IMG/VR virus record: IMGVR_UViG_3300025000_000102
Coordinates: 1 to 62,071 of that record
From: a virus
Taxonomy: Duplodnaviria > Caudoviricetes
Length of the DNA stretch: 62,071 nucleotides
Strand: one strand, 5' to 3'
The position numbers and the translations under genes are program-made. A model generated the notes under the pieces. That model saw only the letters and a program-made list of their open reading frames with translations. It made no database searches and was not told the DNA's origin. This document shows, one piece after another, positions 1-10,267 of the stretch; within the stretch, counting starts at the first letter, position 1; each line of letters begins with the position of its first letter.

Positions 1-49
1 TAATTCGCACGGATAAACTCCCTTTATCAAATTTTAGGAGGTGTTGGTC

Positions 50-625
50 ATGGGCCGCAATGGCCAACCAATAGATATACTAACGGCAAATGGAAAAAAA
101 CATCTTAGCAAGGAAGAAATTCAGCAACGTAAAGATTCAGAAATAAAAATTGGAACAGCGACAAAAATAAAACCTTTAAGATGTCCGGACTATGTAAAAA
201 AAGATGTCAACGCATTTAAGCGCTGGAAAGAAATTATCCAGATTTACAAAGATGTGGATTTTGTTTCATCCGGAGACATTGGCATGCTGGCTAGGTACTG
301 CGTGACCTACTCGGAATACATTGAATTGCTCGAAAGAAAAAAAAGGATTAATCGCATAAGTGAAGATAGTAACGATGTTGAGGATTATATCTTAGGTAGC
401 GAGGCATTCAACGATAGGATTAAAAACCGGCTATTAGATATGATTTCAACTGATGCAATTTTAAGAATCGATACAGCGATTAACAAGAAAATGGATATGC
501 TCATAAAAATGGAAGATAGGTCATTCTTGAACCCTCTAGCTAAGGTAAAGAATGTTCCTCAAAAGCCGAAAGAGGACAAGGCTCCGAGTAAGTTTGGTCG
601 CTTTGGGGCTGGTAAAAATGCTTGA
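50..625 (+). CDS. terS: Terminase small subunit (P27-like)
   Basis: First gene, overlaps terL; AGGAGG RBS before ATG 50; P27-like motifs (P.yl...A...W, LA.YC..YS, NP..K). Confidence 0.85.
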   Translation: MGRNGQPIDILTANGKKHLSKEEIQQRKDSEIKIGTATKIKPLRCPDYVKKDVNAFKRWKEIIQIYKDVDFVSSGDIGMLARYCVTYSEYIELLERKKRINRISEDSNDVEDYILGSEAFNDRIKNRLLDMISTDAILRIDTAINKKMDMLIKMEDRSFLNPLAKVKNVPQKPKEDKAPSKFGRFGAGKNA

Positions 626-2360
626 CCGTCCGACTAAATTCGCAGAATCAGTTGTTAATAAAACGATAGATCGAGCCGTTGGTAAGACGGAAATACTATG
701 CTGCAAAAGGCATTTGAGAGATTTGGAACGTCAAGGAACGTCAGACTTCCCATACGTCTGGAATGTTGATAGAGCGCAAACACTTATCGACTTTGCCGAA
801 TCGTTAACACTCGCCGAAGGAGAAGAACCATTACCGCTTTATTGTTATCCGTTCCAAGATTTTATTTTTGGAAGTTGGCACGGTTGGGTTATTAAAGACA
901 CCGAATACCGTCGCTTTAGGACATCTTACGAGCAGGTAGCTAGGCAAAACGGAAAATCAATCGGTAATGCCGTACCATCTCTTTATTATGGTAATTTTGA
1001 CGGTTATCAATACCCGCAGATATACGCCACAGCTACAAAGGAACTCCAAGCCAAGATTGTCCTGAAAGAGTGTATCAAATTTATTAACGCCGATGAAGAA
1101 TTGAGTGGAACGAAGACCAAGGACGGTCTGTTTACAGTCAAGGACTATAAGAGCGAGATACTATGCAACATCACAAACGGGCTTATAAAGGCACTTGGGC
1201 GTGACACGGATAGCATCGATGGATTCAGACCGTACTTTGGAAGTGTTGATGAGTATCACAAACATAAGAGCAACCAAATGTACAAACTTTTGACTGGTGG
1301 AACAAAGAAACTTAAGCAATGCCTAATATCTGTTATAACCACAGCCGGATTTAACATTAACGGACCTTGTCGCGAACTCTACACTTACTGTAAAAATGTT
1401 CTTCATGGATTAGTCGATGACGAGACGCAATTTATTTACATTGCTGAGCTAGATGAAGAGGATATCAAAAAAGAAGAAGGTATCTATGACGAATCAGTAT
1501 GGTCAAAGGCTAGTCCGCTATGGACGCCTGAAACTCTAACCAGTTTAAGAGCGGATGCAGTAAAAGCAAAAGAAATGCAGGGTGAAGAACTTCGAGACTT
1601 CATGACCAAAGGTTTGAATATCTGGGTACAGTTCGCCGAATCTCAGTACATGAATCATGAGCACTGGAAAGCTTGTGAAAGCGAAACAACCTTGGAGGAT
1701 ATGAGAGGAAAAGAAGTTTATGTAGGATTGGATCTTTCGTCCGGAGGTGACTTAACGTCGCTAGGATTTGATTTTCCATTAGACATTGACGGGGAGCGGA
1801 AATACTTTGTTGATTCCCACAGCTTCATCCCATCCAAAAGGGTTGCGGATCATATGAAAACAGATAACGCGTCTTACGACATGTGGATAAAAGCCAAACT
1901 CTTGACCGTAACAGAAACCCTTGGGGGGGTAAAAACAGATTACAAATACATCATAGCTTACATGAAAGAAACAATTAAGAAATACAACTTTAAACTCAAA
2001 GGCATTGCGTATGACCCTCATAACGCGGATGCCTTTCTTTCTGACCTTGAGGAATTCGGTGTAGATTGCGTTGAAATAGTGCAGAGCGCCAAGAGTCTAA
2101 ATGATGCAACTGATGACTTTAGGCTAGAGGCAGAGGCTAAAAACATTATCTACGACAAGCGGAACAGGTTACTAACATGGAGTATTGCGAATGCAAAAAC
2201 CGTAAGTAATAGCTTCAGGGAAATCAAGATTGACAAGAACACCGAAGGAGCAAGGATAGACCCTGTTGCCGCGGTGATTGACGCTCATAAGTTAACTATT
2301 TCTCAAAATAAGAAGACGAAAAATGTTTACGAAAAACGCGGAATGCGCTCTCTGATGTAA
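618..2360 (+). CDS. terL: Terminase large subunit
   Basis: Walker A VARQNGKS, Walker B SVDEYH, ITTAG coupling motif, nuclease GLDLS...DLT and RIDPVAA; ATG at 618 overlaps terS end. Confidence 0.95.
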   Translation: MLDRPTKFAESVVNKTIDRAVGKTEILCCKRHLRDLERQGTSDFPYVWNVDRAQTLIDFAESLTLAEGEEPLPLYCYPFQDFIFGSWHGWVIKDTEYRRFRTSYEQVARQNGKSIGNAVPSLYYGNFDGYQYPQIYATATKELQAKIVLKECIKFINADEELSGTKTKDGLFTVKDYKSEILCNITNGLIKALGRDTDSIDGFRPYFGSVDEYHKHKSNQMYKLLTGGTKKLKQCLISVITTAGFNINGPCRELYTYCKNVLHGLVDDETQFIYIAELDEEDIKKEEGIYDESVWSKASPLWTPETLTSLRADAVKAKEMQGEELRDFMTKGLNIWVQFAESQYMNHEHWKACESETTLEDMRGKEVYVGLDLSSGGDLTSLGFDFPLDIDGERKYFVDSHSFIPSKRVADHMKTDNASYDMWIKAKLLTVTETLGGVKTDYKYIIAYMKETIKKYNFKLKGIAYDPHNADAFLSDLEEFGVDCVEIVQSAKSLNDATDDFRLEAEAKNIIYDKRNRLLTWSIANAKTVSNSFREIKIDKNTEGARIDPVAAVIDAHKLTISQNKKTKNVYEKRGMRSLM

Positions 2361-2393
2361 TAACACACACGCTTTAAAGGAGGTGGTAATCTT

Positions 2394-3656
2394 GTGAATC
2401 TAATCCAAAGAGCAAAGCTCTTATTCAATAACGGCTACTTCGAAGAATACGTCCGCAGATTCCAAGCGGGCGAAGACATGCCGGAAAGCGGTCACTCAGG
2501 CGTAGGGTCTGACACCGCCATGAAATATTCGGCGGTTTTTGCATGCTGTCGAGTCCTCGGGGAGACGTTCGCAAGCATGCCGGCCATGGAATACCGCAAG
2601 AGTCCTAACGGAGATAGGGAAACAACAAGAGACACAGCCGCCTTCGACATCCTACACAATGCTCCAAATGCTGAAATGGCACCGTTTAGTTTTAAGGAAT
2701 CCTGCATGATGAACCTAAATCTTGGTGGTAATGCAGTATCAGAGAGGCTTGTTAACAGGTTTGGGGACCTAGTGGGCCTGTATCCCTACAAATGGCAAAT
2801 GGTAGACATCGGCAGAGATTTGGAGACCAAGCAGCTCGTCTACACGGTGACAGATGGAGCAACACAGAAGAAGCTAAGACGAGATCAAGTATTTCATGTC
2901 CCTGGACTAAGTTTTGACGGGATTATTGGTCTATCTCCCATAGAGTACGCAGCAAATGCGATTACGCTGGGTAAGAGTTATGAGCAGTTTGGTGTTAACT
3001 TTTACAAAAACGGTGCGAACTCTTCCGGCGCGTTCAGCTTCCCTGGTGAGCTTGGGGAAGAATCGTTTCAAAGACTAAAGAAGGACCTGAAGGATAACTA
3101 TGCAGGCCTGAAAAACACAGGTACACCGATGTTGCTCGAAGGTGGCGGAGAGTTTAAGCAGTTTGCCATGAAACCTGCTGACGCCCAACTAATCGAGAAC
3201 AAGCGGTTCCAGGTCGAAGATGTTGCTCGGATGTATCGCACTCCGTTGCACTTGATCGGAGACTTGACTAGGTCCACGAATAACAATATTGAGCATCAAA
3301 GCTTAGAGTTTGTGATGTATACCATGTTGCCTTGGTTTAAGCGCTGGGAAGAGAACATCAATATGCAGTTACTCGCTCCGTCAGAGCGTAGGGCGGGGTA
3401 TTATATCGAGTTTAACGTTGCTGGTTTATTGCGAGGTGATGCAAAAAGCAGGGCTGAAGCTTATGCGGCAGGTCGCCAATGGGGTTGGCTTAGTGTTAAT
3501 GATATCCGGAAGCTTGAAAATATGCCACACATAGCCAATGGAGACATTTACCTACAACCTAGCAATATGATTGAGGCTGGTAAAGAGGTACAGGAAGCTG
3601 ACAAAAACAAAGGATTAGCAGAGGAAGTTTACAAAATGATTACCGAGAGGGGGTGA
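2394..3656 (+). CDS. HK97-family portal protein
   Basis: SAVFACCRVL, DGIIGLSPI, GWLSVNDIRKLEN motifs; follows terL. Confidence 0.95.
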   Translation: MNLIQRAKLLFNNGYFEEYVRRFQAGEDMPESGHSGVGSDTAMKYSAVFACCRVLGETFASMPAMEYRKSPNGDRETTRDTAAFDILHNAPNAEMAPFSFKESCMMNLNLGGNAVSERLVNRFGDLVGLYPYKWQMVDIGRDLETKQLVYTVTDGATQKKLRRDQVFHVPGLSFDGIIGLSPIEYAANAITLGKSYEQFGVNFYKNGANSSGAFSFPGELGEESFQRLKKDLKDNYAGLKNTGTPMLLEGGGEFKQFAMKPADAQLIENKRFQVEDVARMYRTPLHLIGDLTRSTNNNIEHQSLEFVMYTMLPWFKRWEENINMQLLAPSERRAGYYIEFNVAGLLRGDAKSRAEAYAAGRQWGWLSVNDIRKLENMPHIANGDIYLQPSNMIEAGKEVQEADKNKGLAEEVYKMITERG

Positions 3657-4465
3657 AAATATTGCCGTTTTGGAACTTTGTTGAGTCTGGCGAGAATGAA
3701 GTAGAACTTCGTATCGAAGGCGAGATTGTAAGTGATGATGATATTTGGATTTATGAGTGGTTCGACATAAAAGCAACTTCACCAAACGCATTCAGATATG
3801 AGCTTGCTAGTCATGCAGGAAAAACAGTTAACGTCTGGATTGATAGTTGGGGAGGGGACACGACTGCCGCCGCAGGAATCTATAACGCTCTAAAAGAACA
3901 TAAGGGCAAAGTAGTAGGAAAGATCGACGGTAAAGCCGTTTCCGCTGCCTCCATTATAGCTATGGCATGTACTGAGTTGAAGATGTCACCAGTTGGTATC
4001 CTTATGATCCATAACCCGTGGACAGGCGTAAGGGGTGAGTCTAAGGATATGCGCCACATGGCTGATGTTTTGGACGAAGTCAAAGAAACCCTTATGAATG
4101 CCTATCAAATGAAAACCAAGAAGTCCAGAAAGAGCATTGCAGAAATGATGGACAATGAGACTTGGATGAGTCCAAAAACAGCTTTAGCAGAGGGATTTAT
4201 TGACGAGATCCTATACGCTAGCCCCGGTGAAGGTGAACCCGTTGAGAACTCTTTTATGATTGGGCGATTGGCAATACAAAATAGCGCAAATGAGGCAACT
4301 AGGCGGTTTATTGAGCAGTATACGAAGATAAAGGCTAGTGAGCCGCCACCTGAGCCTACTCCTGAACCAGAACCCATCCCCGACCCACAACCGGACCTGC
4401 AAGCCCTAGCTACCTTATACCAAGCAAAATTAAAAAATCTGAGGAGGAAGCAAAATGAACTTTAA
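3653..4465 (+). CDS. ClpP-like prohead protease
   Basis: IDSWGGD, AVSAASIIAM, LMIHNPW, ETWM...A...GFID motifs. Confidence 0.92.
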   Translation: MKILPFWNFVESGENEVELRIEGEIVSDDDIWIYEWFDIKATSPNAFRYELASHAGKTVNVWIDSWGGDTTAAAGIYNALKEHKGKVVGKIDGKAVSAASIIAMACTELKMSPVGILMIHNPWTGVRGESKDMRHMADVLDEVKETLMNAYQMKTKKSRKSIAEMMDNETWMSPKTALAEGFIDEILYASPGEGEPVENSFMIGRLAIQNSANEATRRFIEQYTKIKASEPPPEPTPEPEPIPDPQPDLQALATLYQAKLKNLRRKQNEL

Positions 4466-5771
4466 GGAAATGCTCAAAGCCAAACTAGCCGAACAAGAGG
4501 CTCTAATCAATAAGGCGATCACCGAAAACAGGGCCATGACGCCAGAGGAACAGGCCGCAAACGATGCATTGGAGATCGAAATCACGAACCTTGAGAAAAC
4601 AATCCTTGCACAGGCTGCAATGGAAGCAAGAATTGCCGCGAACAAGGAACCAGTCAACGAACCTCTCTACGCACAACCTAAGTCCGCATCCAGCGTAACC
4701 GATATCACCCGTGAAATCTTCGGTAGTGTAGGTGGGTACTTCCAAGCGGTCCATAAATCCAAGAATGAGTCTGAATATGGAGAGAAATTGGCTAAATTGA
4801 ACACCGAAGTGCTTAAGGTTTCTAATGCGGCAGGAATGAATGAGTCAACCCCTGCTGATGGCGGTGTGTTAGTAGGAACTGATGTCTCGACTGTTTTGCT
4901 AGAAAAAGCCTACGAAACAGGAAAGCTTGTCAGTAGGGCGTTTAAGTTGAAGATTAGTCAGGGATCTAATTCTACGTCCATCTTAGCCGCAGACGATAGT
5001 AGCCGGGTAAGTGGGAGTAGATATGGAGGAGTTACTGCGTATTGGCAGGGGGAAGCTGAAAAAATGCTTGCCTCAAAGCTAAAGCACAGCACCATAGATC
5101 TAAAACTAAAAAATCTTAATGCATTAATCTATGTCACAAATGACAATCTTGAAGACGCATCCCAGTTGGAGTCTATAATCATGAAAAGATTCCCGGAAGA
5201 ATTTGGGTTTAAGTTGGACGAATCAATAATAAATGGCACTGGAGCCGGTATGCCTCTTGGTATTAGTAAGTCTGGTTCGTTAGTTGAAGTACCAAAGGAA
5301 GTTGGTCAAGTGGCAAAAACTATTTTGGCGGAAAACATCATCAAAATGTACGCAAGATTTGACGGAAATCCATCAACCTCTGTATGGGTAGTCAATCGCG
5401 ATACCCTCCCTCAAATTGTCACCATGAGCATTGCAATCGGCACTGGCGGAGTGCTTGTCTATATGCCTCCAACGGGGATCGCGGGGAATATCTACGGAAC
5501 ACTATTCGGAATACCAGTTATACCCATTGAGCAGTGTGAAACTCTCGGAACATCCGGTGACATCATGCTGGTCGATATGAGTCAATATGCCATGGCGGAC
5601 AAAGGTTCCTTGAAAACGGCTGCTTCTATGCACGTACGTTTTGAGTACAACGAGATGGCCTTCCGATTCACTTATCGCGCAGATGGACAACCACTTAAAA
5701 CTAAGGCAACCACTCCGTTTCGAGGCGCCGACACCGTATCTCCCTTTGTAACTCTAGCAACACGCGGCTAG
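4455..5771 (+). CDS. Major capsid protein (HK97 fold, N-terminal coiled delta domain)
   Basis: DGGVLV, INGTGAGMPLGI, TLFGIPV, FRFTYRADG motifs; position after protease. Confidence 0.93.
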   Translation: MNFKEMLKAKLAEQEALINKAITENRAMTPEEQAANDALEIEITNLEKTILAQAAMEARIAANKEPVNEPLYAQPKSASSVTDITREIFGSVGGYFQAVHKSKNESEYGEKLAKLNTEVLKVSNAAGMNESTPADGGVLVGTDVSTVLLEKAYETGKLVSRAFKLKISQGSNSTSILAADDSSRVSGSRYGGVTAYWQGEAEKMLASKLKHSTIDLKLKNLNALIYVTNDNLEDASQLESIIMKRFPEEFGFKLDESIINGTGAGMPLGISKSGSLVEVPKEVGQVAKTILAENIIKMYARFDGNPSTSVWVVNRDTLPQIVTMSIAIGTGGVLVYMPPTGIAGNIYGTLFGIPVIPIEQCETLGTSGDIMLVDMSQYAMADKGSLKTAASMHVRFEYNEMAFRFTYRADGQPLKTKATTPFRGADTVSPFVTLATRG

Positions 5772-5788
5772 GATAATTAGCGAACAGA

Positions 5789-5810
5789 AAGGAGCCAATC
5801 ACGGCTCCTT
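5789..5810 (+). terminator. Stem-loop after capsid gene (weak terminator or stabiliser)
   Basis: AAGGAGCC-AATCAC-GGCTCCTT inverted repeat, short U tract. Confidence 0.5.
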
Positions 5811-5836
5811 AATCTAAAATTGGAGGGATAACCACA

Positions 5837-6298
5837 ATGAAACGATACAACCATGTAGTCAATGCCTTGGTACCCGTTGCTGATGCATTCACGGGCACAA
5901 AATACACCGATGTGATCAATATGAAGAACTGGAATCATATCCAATTCGTGATTCAGAAAGCCGCCGGAGCAGTAGGAACAGCAACAATCACAGTCGAAGC
6001 GTGCGACGATGTTGTACCTACAAATGTGAGTGCAGTGCCTTTTAAATACCAGAAATGCACGACAGGAGATACCTTTGGAGCATTAACAACCGTTGAAGCA
6101 ACAGGCTTTGCCACCACAGCCGGAGCCAATCAGATGTACAAGATCGAGGTTGATTCCGATGCCCTGGTAGTGTCTGGATACAGCTACATTCGCCTAAAGT
6201 CCGTAGAGGTCGTTGACGATCCGGTCCTTGGGGGAATCCTCGCTGTACTAACGGAGCCGCGATACAGCAACGAAGTAGCTGATACCACAATCGTCTAA
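5837..6298 (+). CDS. Virion protein, possible head decoration
   Basis: Strong RBS, beta-rich sequence, directly after capsid gene. Confidence 0.55.
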   Translation: MKRYNHVVNALVPVADAFTGTKYTDVINMKNWNHIQFVIQKAAGAVGTATITVEACDDVVPTNVSAVPFKYQKCTTGDTFGALTTVEATGFATTAGANQMYKIEVDSDALVVSGYSYIRLKSVEVVDDPVLGGILAVLTEPRYSNEVADTTIV

Positions 6299-6320
6299 AG
6301 AGAGTGGAAGGAGAAATAAT

Positions 6321-6815
6321 ATGCCAGCAGTAAATATAGGGTGCAAATGGGTCGCAGGAATTATGCACTTTTTCAATAAAGCAACCGGGGATACTGTACT
6401 TAGTGTTAACCCTGCAGGTGACGTCGAACTCGGAACATCCCAATTCCTTAAAAACTCAGTCTTCACGGTCACAATTCCTGAAGTCGCGGCAGCTGACATT
6501 GCGAAAACGTTTTTCGTCGCTCCTGCTGCCTGTGAAACTATAGCGGCAAGCGAGCGGCATGTAACTGTTGCGGGTCAGGCAGGGACGTTGCAAATTGAGA
6601 AACTAAATACAGGTGAAGCCCCTGGAGCCGGTGATGTAATCTTAGCTGCAGCCTTCGATCTTACTAGTGTTGCAAACACGACCGTTACTAAAGTAGCTGT
6701 AGCGGATGGCAAGGAGCAATTAGTAGCCGGCGATGCGCTCTGTCTTAAACTAGCAAGTGGGAATGCGGCGAGTTACGCATTGGGCACAATTACCGTCACA
6801 ATGAAATGGCTATAA
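6321..6815 (+). CDS. Virion protein, possible head fibre/decoration
   Basis: RBS, Ala/Thr/Val-rich beta sequence, head module position. Confidence 0.5.
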   Translation: MPAVNIGCKWVAGIMHFFNKATGDTVLSVNPAGDVELGTSQFLKNSVFTVTIPEVAAADIAKTFFVAPAACETIAASERHVTVAGQAGTLQIEKLNTGEAPGAGDVILAAAFDLTSVANTTVTKVAVADGKEQLVAGDALCLKLASGNAASYALGTITVTMKWL

Positions 6816-6831
6816 GCCTGGGGGTGATGGT

Positions 6832-7422
6832 ATGAATCTAGTCTTAAAAACCCCTCCATCCATTGAACCCCTTACGCTCGCGGAAATCAAAGAATACCTA
6901 CGACTCGACGCTGACGACACATCCGAAGATAGCGACCTGACGGCATATCTAACGGCAGCCCGGGAATATTGCGAAACGTTCCAGAACCGAGCTTATATTA
7001 CCCAGACATGGGGGTTAAGCTTTGATTCATGGCCCTGCAGTGTGATTGAGTTGCCGAAAGGTAGTTTACAAACGGTTGATGCTGTGAGTTATAAAGAATC
7101 GGACGGAGTCACAACGGAGTTAGCGGAGAATACGGACTACGTGTACAGTACGCGCGGCATACTCGGGAGACTTACCCCAGCTTATGGGAAATCATGGCCG
7201 TCGTTCACACCATTTCCCCTCGATGCTGTGGTAATTGAGTTTACTTGCGGCTATGGCGACGAGGCCGCGAGTATACCAGCAAAGGTTATACACGCAATCA
7301 AGCTACTTATTAGCCACTGGTACGAACACAGAACACCTCTTTCAGAGACAAATCAGGCCCCTGAAGAAATAGCGTTTACGGTATCCTCGTTATTGTGGCA
7401 AAATCGCATAATGAATGCGTAG
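6832..7422 (+). CDS. Head-tail connector (gp6-like adaptor)
   Basis: EPLTLAEIKEYLR...AIKLLISHWYEHR signature. Confidence 0.9.
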   Translation: MNLVLKTPPSIEPLTLAEIKEYLRLDADDTSEDSDLTAYLTAAREYCETFQNRAYITQTWGLSFDSWPCSVIELPKGSLQTVDAVSYKESDGVTTELAENTDYVYSTRGILGRLTPAYGKSWPSFTPFPLDAVVIEFTCGYGDEAASIPAKVIHAIKLLISHWYEHRTPLSETNQAPEEIAFTVSSLLWQNRIMNA

Positions 7423-7433
7423 GTGGTATTGAT

Positions 7434-7754
7434 ATGGATCCTGGGAAACTAAGGCATAAAGTTACTATTCAGCAACAAGGTGAGTCCACTAAGGACGGCT
7501 ATGGTGCTCTGGTAGAGAACTGGACAGACGTTAAAACTGTTCGCGCATCCGTCGAACCCCTATCCGGTCGAGAGTTATTCGCGGCCCAACAAGTCCATTC
7601 CGAAACAACAACGCGTATCGCAATAAGGTATCGCGCTGGAATAGCGTCGAAGATGCGCGTTGTGTATGGCACTCGGATATACGATATCTTAGCCCCAATC
7701 GACCCCGAAGAACGACACCGGGAACTCCGTCTGATGTGTAAGGAGTTGATTTAA
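7434..7754 (+). CDS. Head closure / head-tail adaptor (SPP1 gp16-like)
   Basis: GKLRHKVTIQ...W..V..V.A.V.PLSGRE...IRYR. Confidence 0.9.
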   Translation: MDPGKLRHKVTIQQQGESTKDGYGALVENWTDVKTVRASVEPLSGRELFAAQQVHSETTTRIAIRYRAGIASKMRVVYGTRIYDILAPIDPEERHRELRLMCKELI

Positions 7755-8261
7755 ATGCCTGTACTTGGAATGAGGTCGCTTCTGACAACTAACGGCAGAA
7801 ACTCAATACTAGGAGCGTCATCTAATGGCAGGAATGCAATCGTCGGAGTCAGAGAGGTCCAAAAACTCTTTGAACAAGTTGGTAAAGCTCCTGCTAAGGT
7901 GTTAAATAAAGCAGTTCGCAAGGGCGGCAACGTAGTTATGAAAGCCGCCAAAGACAATGCGAGTAAATTCGAAAACCCTACTGGATCTCTCCGGAACAAC
8001 ATCGTAATGAGAGCTGAGAGAAGTAAAAAAGGGAAAAAAGTATATCAAATTTTTGTAGCAAGCCATCCTCATTTTGTTAAGATTAGTAAGGCTGGAAAGC
8101 GGTCGTTTTATCCGGCCTCTATGGAATATGGATGGACGGATCAAAACGGAAAATACCATCCTGGCTATCGGTACATGAGGAAAGCGGCAGAAGAGAATGC
8201 TGGGATTGTGAAAGGCTTAATACTTGAAGTTATGGCTAGTGAACTAGACAGATTGAGGTGA
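7755..8261 (+). CDS. HK97 gp10-like tail completion protein
   Basis: TGSLRNNI, YPASMEYGW, YMRKA motifs. Confidence 0.85.
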   Translation: MPVLGMRSLLTTNGRNSILGASSNGRNAIVGVREVQKLFEQVGKAPAKVLNKAVRKGGNVVMKAAKDNASKFENPTGSLRNNIVMRAERSKKGKKVYQIFVASHPHFVKISKAGKRSFYPASMEYGWTDQNGKYHPGYRYMRKAAEENAGIVKGLILEVMASELDRLR

Positions 8262-8265
8262 TATT

Positions 8266-8652
8266 GTGGATTTCGAACAAGGCCTAACGGTGGAATTATC
8301 CAGCATACTTGGCCTAACAGGGAAGGTATCCCCAATCATGGCAGCACAAGGGACTAAAGCGCCATACCTTATATACACCTTAACCAGCACAGATCGAGTT
8401 AAAACCCTCTCCGGTCATGACGGCCTTGTCGAGTCGCAATATCAACTCGATCTATACCACACCAGTTACGCAAGCCTTAAGGCCTTGAAAAAACTCGTAA
8501 TCGCGAACATTAAGACCTACGATCTGCGCAACATTGGAGGAACTGGACCGTTTATCCAGCAGGTAGGGGTCATTACCGACTTTGAGACGTATGAGGATGG
8601 TGTCGAGCTTTACAAGGGAATTATCGAATTTAACGTAAATTACACAGAATAG
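8266..8652 (+). CDS. Tail terminator protein
   Basis: PYLIY and YQLDLY motifs, size, position before major tail gene. Confidence 0.75.
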   Translation: MDFEQGLTVELSSILGLTGKVSPIMAAQGTKAPYLIYTLTSTDRVKTLSGHDGLVESQYQLDLYHTSYASLKALKKLVIANIKTYDLRNIGGTGPFIQQVGVITDFETYEDGVELYKGIIEFNVNYTE

Positions 8653-8663
8653 GAGGTCTGAAT

Positions 8664-9074
8664 ATGACAGTTAGCAAAGCACTCGGAACAACCCTAAAAC
8701 AAGGAACCACGACTATTGGAAAATTAACGAGCATCTCTTCGCCTGAAAAAACTGCAGACACCAAGGAAGTGACTACCCTTGACGTAACCGATGGTTATAA
8801 GAAGTATATCCAAGGCCTGAAGGATGGCGGAGAGGTTACAGTTACCGGATTCTTTGACATCACGGATACGGGACAATTAGCCCTAGATACCGTCTTTGAG
8901 GCTGGTACGATTGACACATACATCATAACATTCCCTGCAGCAATTGACGCAACGTTTACTTTCAGCGGGATTGTGACAAAGTACGCGGTTGGTGAAGCTA
9001 ATCTGGAAGATCCGCTGGACTTCGAGGCGACGATTAAGGTTAGCGGAAAACCTGTTTTGGCTGTAATAGTGTAA
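8664..9074 (+). CDS. Major tail tube protein (lambda gpV-like)
   Basis: EVTTLD...YIQGLKDGGEVT...TFTFSG...IKVSGKP. Confidence 0.88.
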   Translation: MTVSKALGTTLKQGTTTIGKLTSISSPEKTADTKEVTTLDVTDGYKKYIQGLKDGGEVTVTGFFDITDTGQLALDTVFEAGTIDTYIITFPAAIDATFTFSGIVTKYAVGEANLEDPLDFEATIKVSGKPVLAVIV

Positions 9075-9097
9075 GGTGAAGGAGGACGGGGCTGCCG

Positions 9098-9430
9098 TTG
9101 GTGGTAGCCCCTAAAATTGTTATGATTATAGGTGGAGATGAAGGCATAGAAATGGTTATTCCATTGGACAGGTTAACAACTTTAATAAAGACCCCCGACG
9201 TGAAGTTGAAAATTGAATCAGAAAGAAGGCCTAACGGAACAAAAGTTTTTATTAACGATACGAATGTGGGATCTATCTGTACCGGTATTTCAGTAAAATT
9301 TGATATTGGAGCGATACCCGAGGCTACAATATCGTTAATTCCTAAAGTTGTAGAAATAGAATCTGACGTGAACCTATTCGTAAAAATCGGTGAAAAGAAA
9401 TACAGACTTTTGGAGGAAAACGATGGCTAA
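9098..9430 (+). CDS. Hypothetical protein in tail module (start uncertain)
   Basis: ORF between major tail and chaperone genes. Confidence 0.55.
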   Translation: MVVAPKIVMIIGGDEGIEMVIPLDRLTTLIKTPDVKLKIESERRPNGTKVFINDTNVGSICTGISVKFDIGAIPEATISLIPKVVEIESDVNLFVKIGEKKYRLLEENDG

Positions 9431-9575
9431 GAGTAATGAAGAAAAACTCTTAGAAAAAATTGCCGACTCGCTCCATGATATTAAGTATGATCTACGAAAA
9501 ATACTCGAGCTTGGAAAACGAGTCAAGAGAATAGAGAACAAATTAAATAACGTGGAGGAAAACGAAAATGAATAA
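9423..9575 (+). CDS. Small coiled-coil hypothetical protein
   Basis: GGAGG RBS before ATG 9423; overlaps neighbours at both ends. Confidence 0.55.
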   Translation: MAKSNEEKLLEKIADSLHDIKYDLRKILELGKRVKRIENKLNNVEENENE

Positions 9576-9903
9576 CGACACAATCACAATTGATCTGGAC
9601 AAAACTCGGACGCTGAAATTTCGCCGCAAAGAACTCAAGCTGCTTGAAAAAGCACTCGGTAACAAAATATCAAAGTTCGACCCATCGGAGCTTGGCATCG
9701 ACGAACTAAGCAAGGTAATTCACATCGGCTTACTTCACGAAGATCCTGAGTTAACATTTGCCAAAGTAGAGGAAATGTGCGACGAATACCCGTATTACGG
9801 CGTATTAATACAAAAGGCTATGGAGGCATTTGCCCTTGCGATGGAGGGGCCTAAGCCTCCTGAAAACTCCGATAAGCAGAATGGCAACGAACAAAAAAAC
9901 TAA
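9568..9903 (+). CDS. Tail assembly chaperone (gpG-like)
   Basis: Position before tape measure; ends in slippery AAAAAAC immediately before TAA. Confidence 0.85.
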   Translation: MNNDTITIDLDKTRTLKFRRKELKLLEKALGNKISKFDPSELGIDELSKVIHIGLLHEDPELTFAKVEEMCDEYPYYGVLIQKAMEAFALAMEGPKPPENSDKQNGNEQKN

Positions 9904-10211
9904 AAGCGGATAGCGATTATGATTGGGACGAAGCCCTTAAGTCTGCTATCCGTATTGGACTCAAGCCCTACGAGGTTGAATTACTAACTATCTACGAGTT
10001 AAACCTCATGATTATTGATCACGAGCGAAAGATTAAAGACGACCGCAAGAGTGGCATTACATCGGCATTCTACTCTGCCTATTTTTACCGACTCAATAAG
10101 CTATCCGGATCAGACCTAGAAAAAGTTCTCAAAGCAATAGATAAAAAACCAAAGCGAGTAATGACAGACGAGGAAATGCTGGCAGTAGTTAAGCGCATGG
10201 CCGGGGTATAA
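9900..10211 (+). CDS. Tail assembly chaperone extension (gpT-like, reached by -1 frameshift)
   Basis: -1 frame open from 9900 and joins the 10008-10211 ORF; GLKPYEVELLTIYEL resembles the gpT motif. Confidence 0.8.
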   Translation, partial: LKADSDYDWDEALKSAIRIGLKPYEVELLTIYELNLMIIDHERKIKDDRKSGITSAFYSAYFYRLNKLSGSDLEKVLKAIDKKPKRVMTDEEMLAVVKRMAGV

Positions 10212-10214
10212 GGG

Positions 10215-10245
10215 AAAGCGGTATTTATTGCCGCTTTTTTGTTTT
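10215..10245 (+). terminator. Rho-independent terminator-like hairpin before tape measure
   Basis: AAAGCGGT-ATTTATT-GCCGCTTT followed by T tract. Confidence 0.55.
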
Positions 10246-10267
10246 GCCTACTTCTGAGGAAAGGAGG

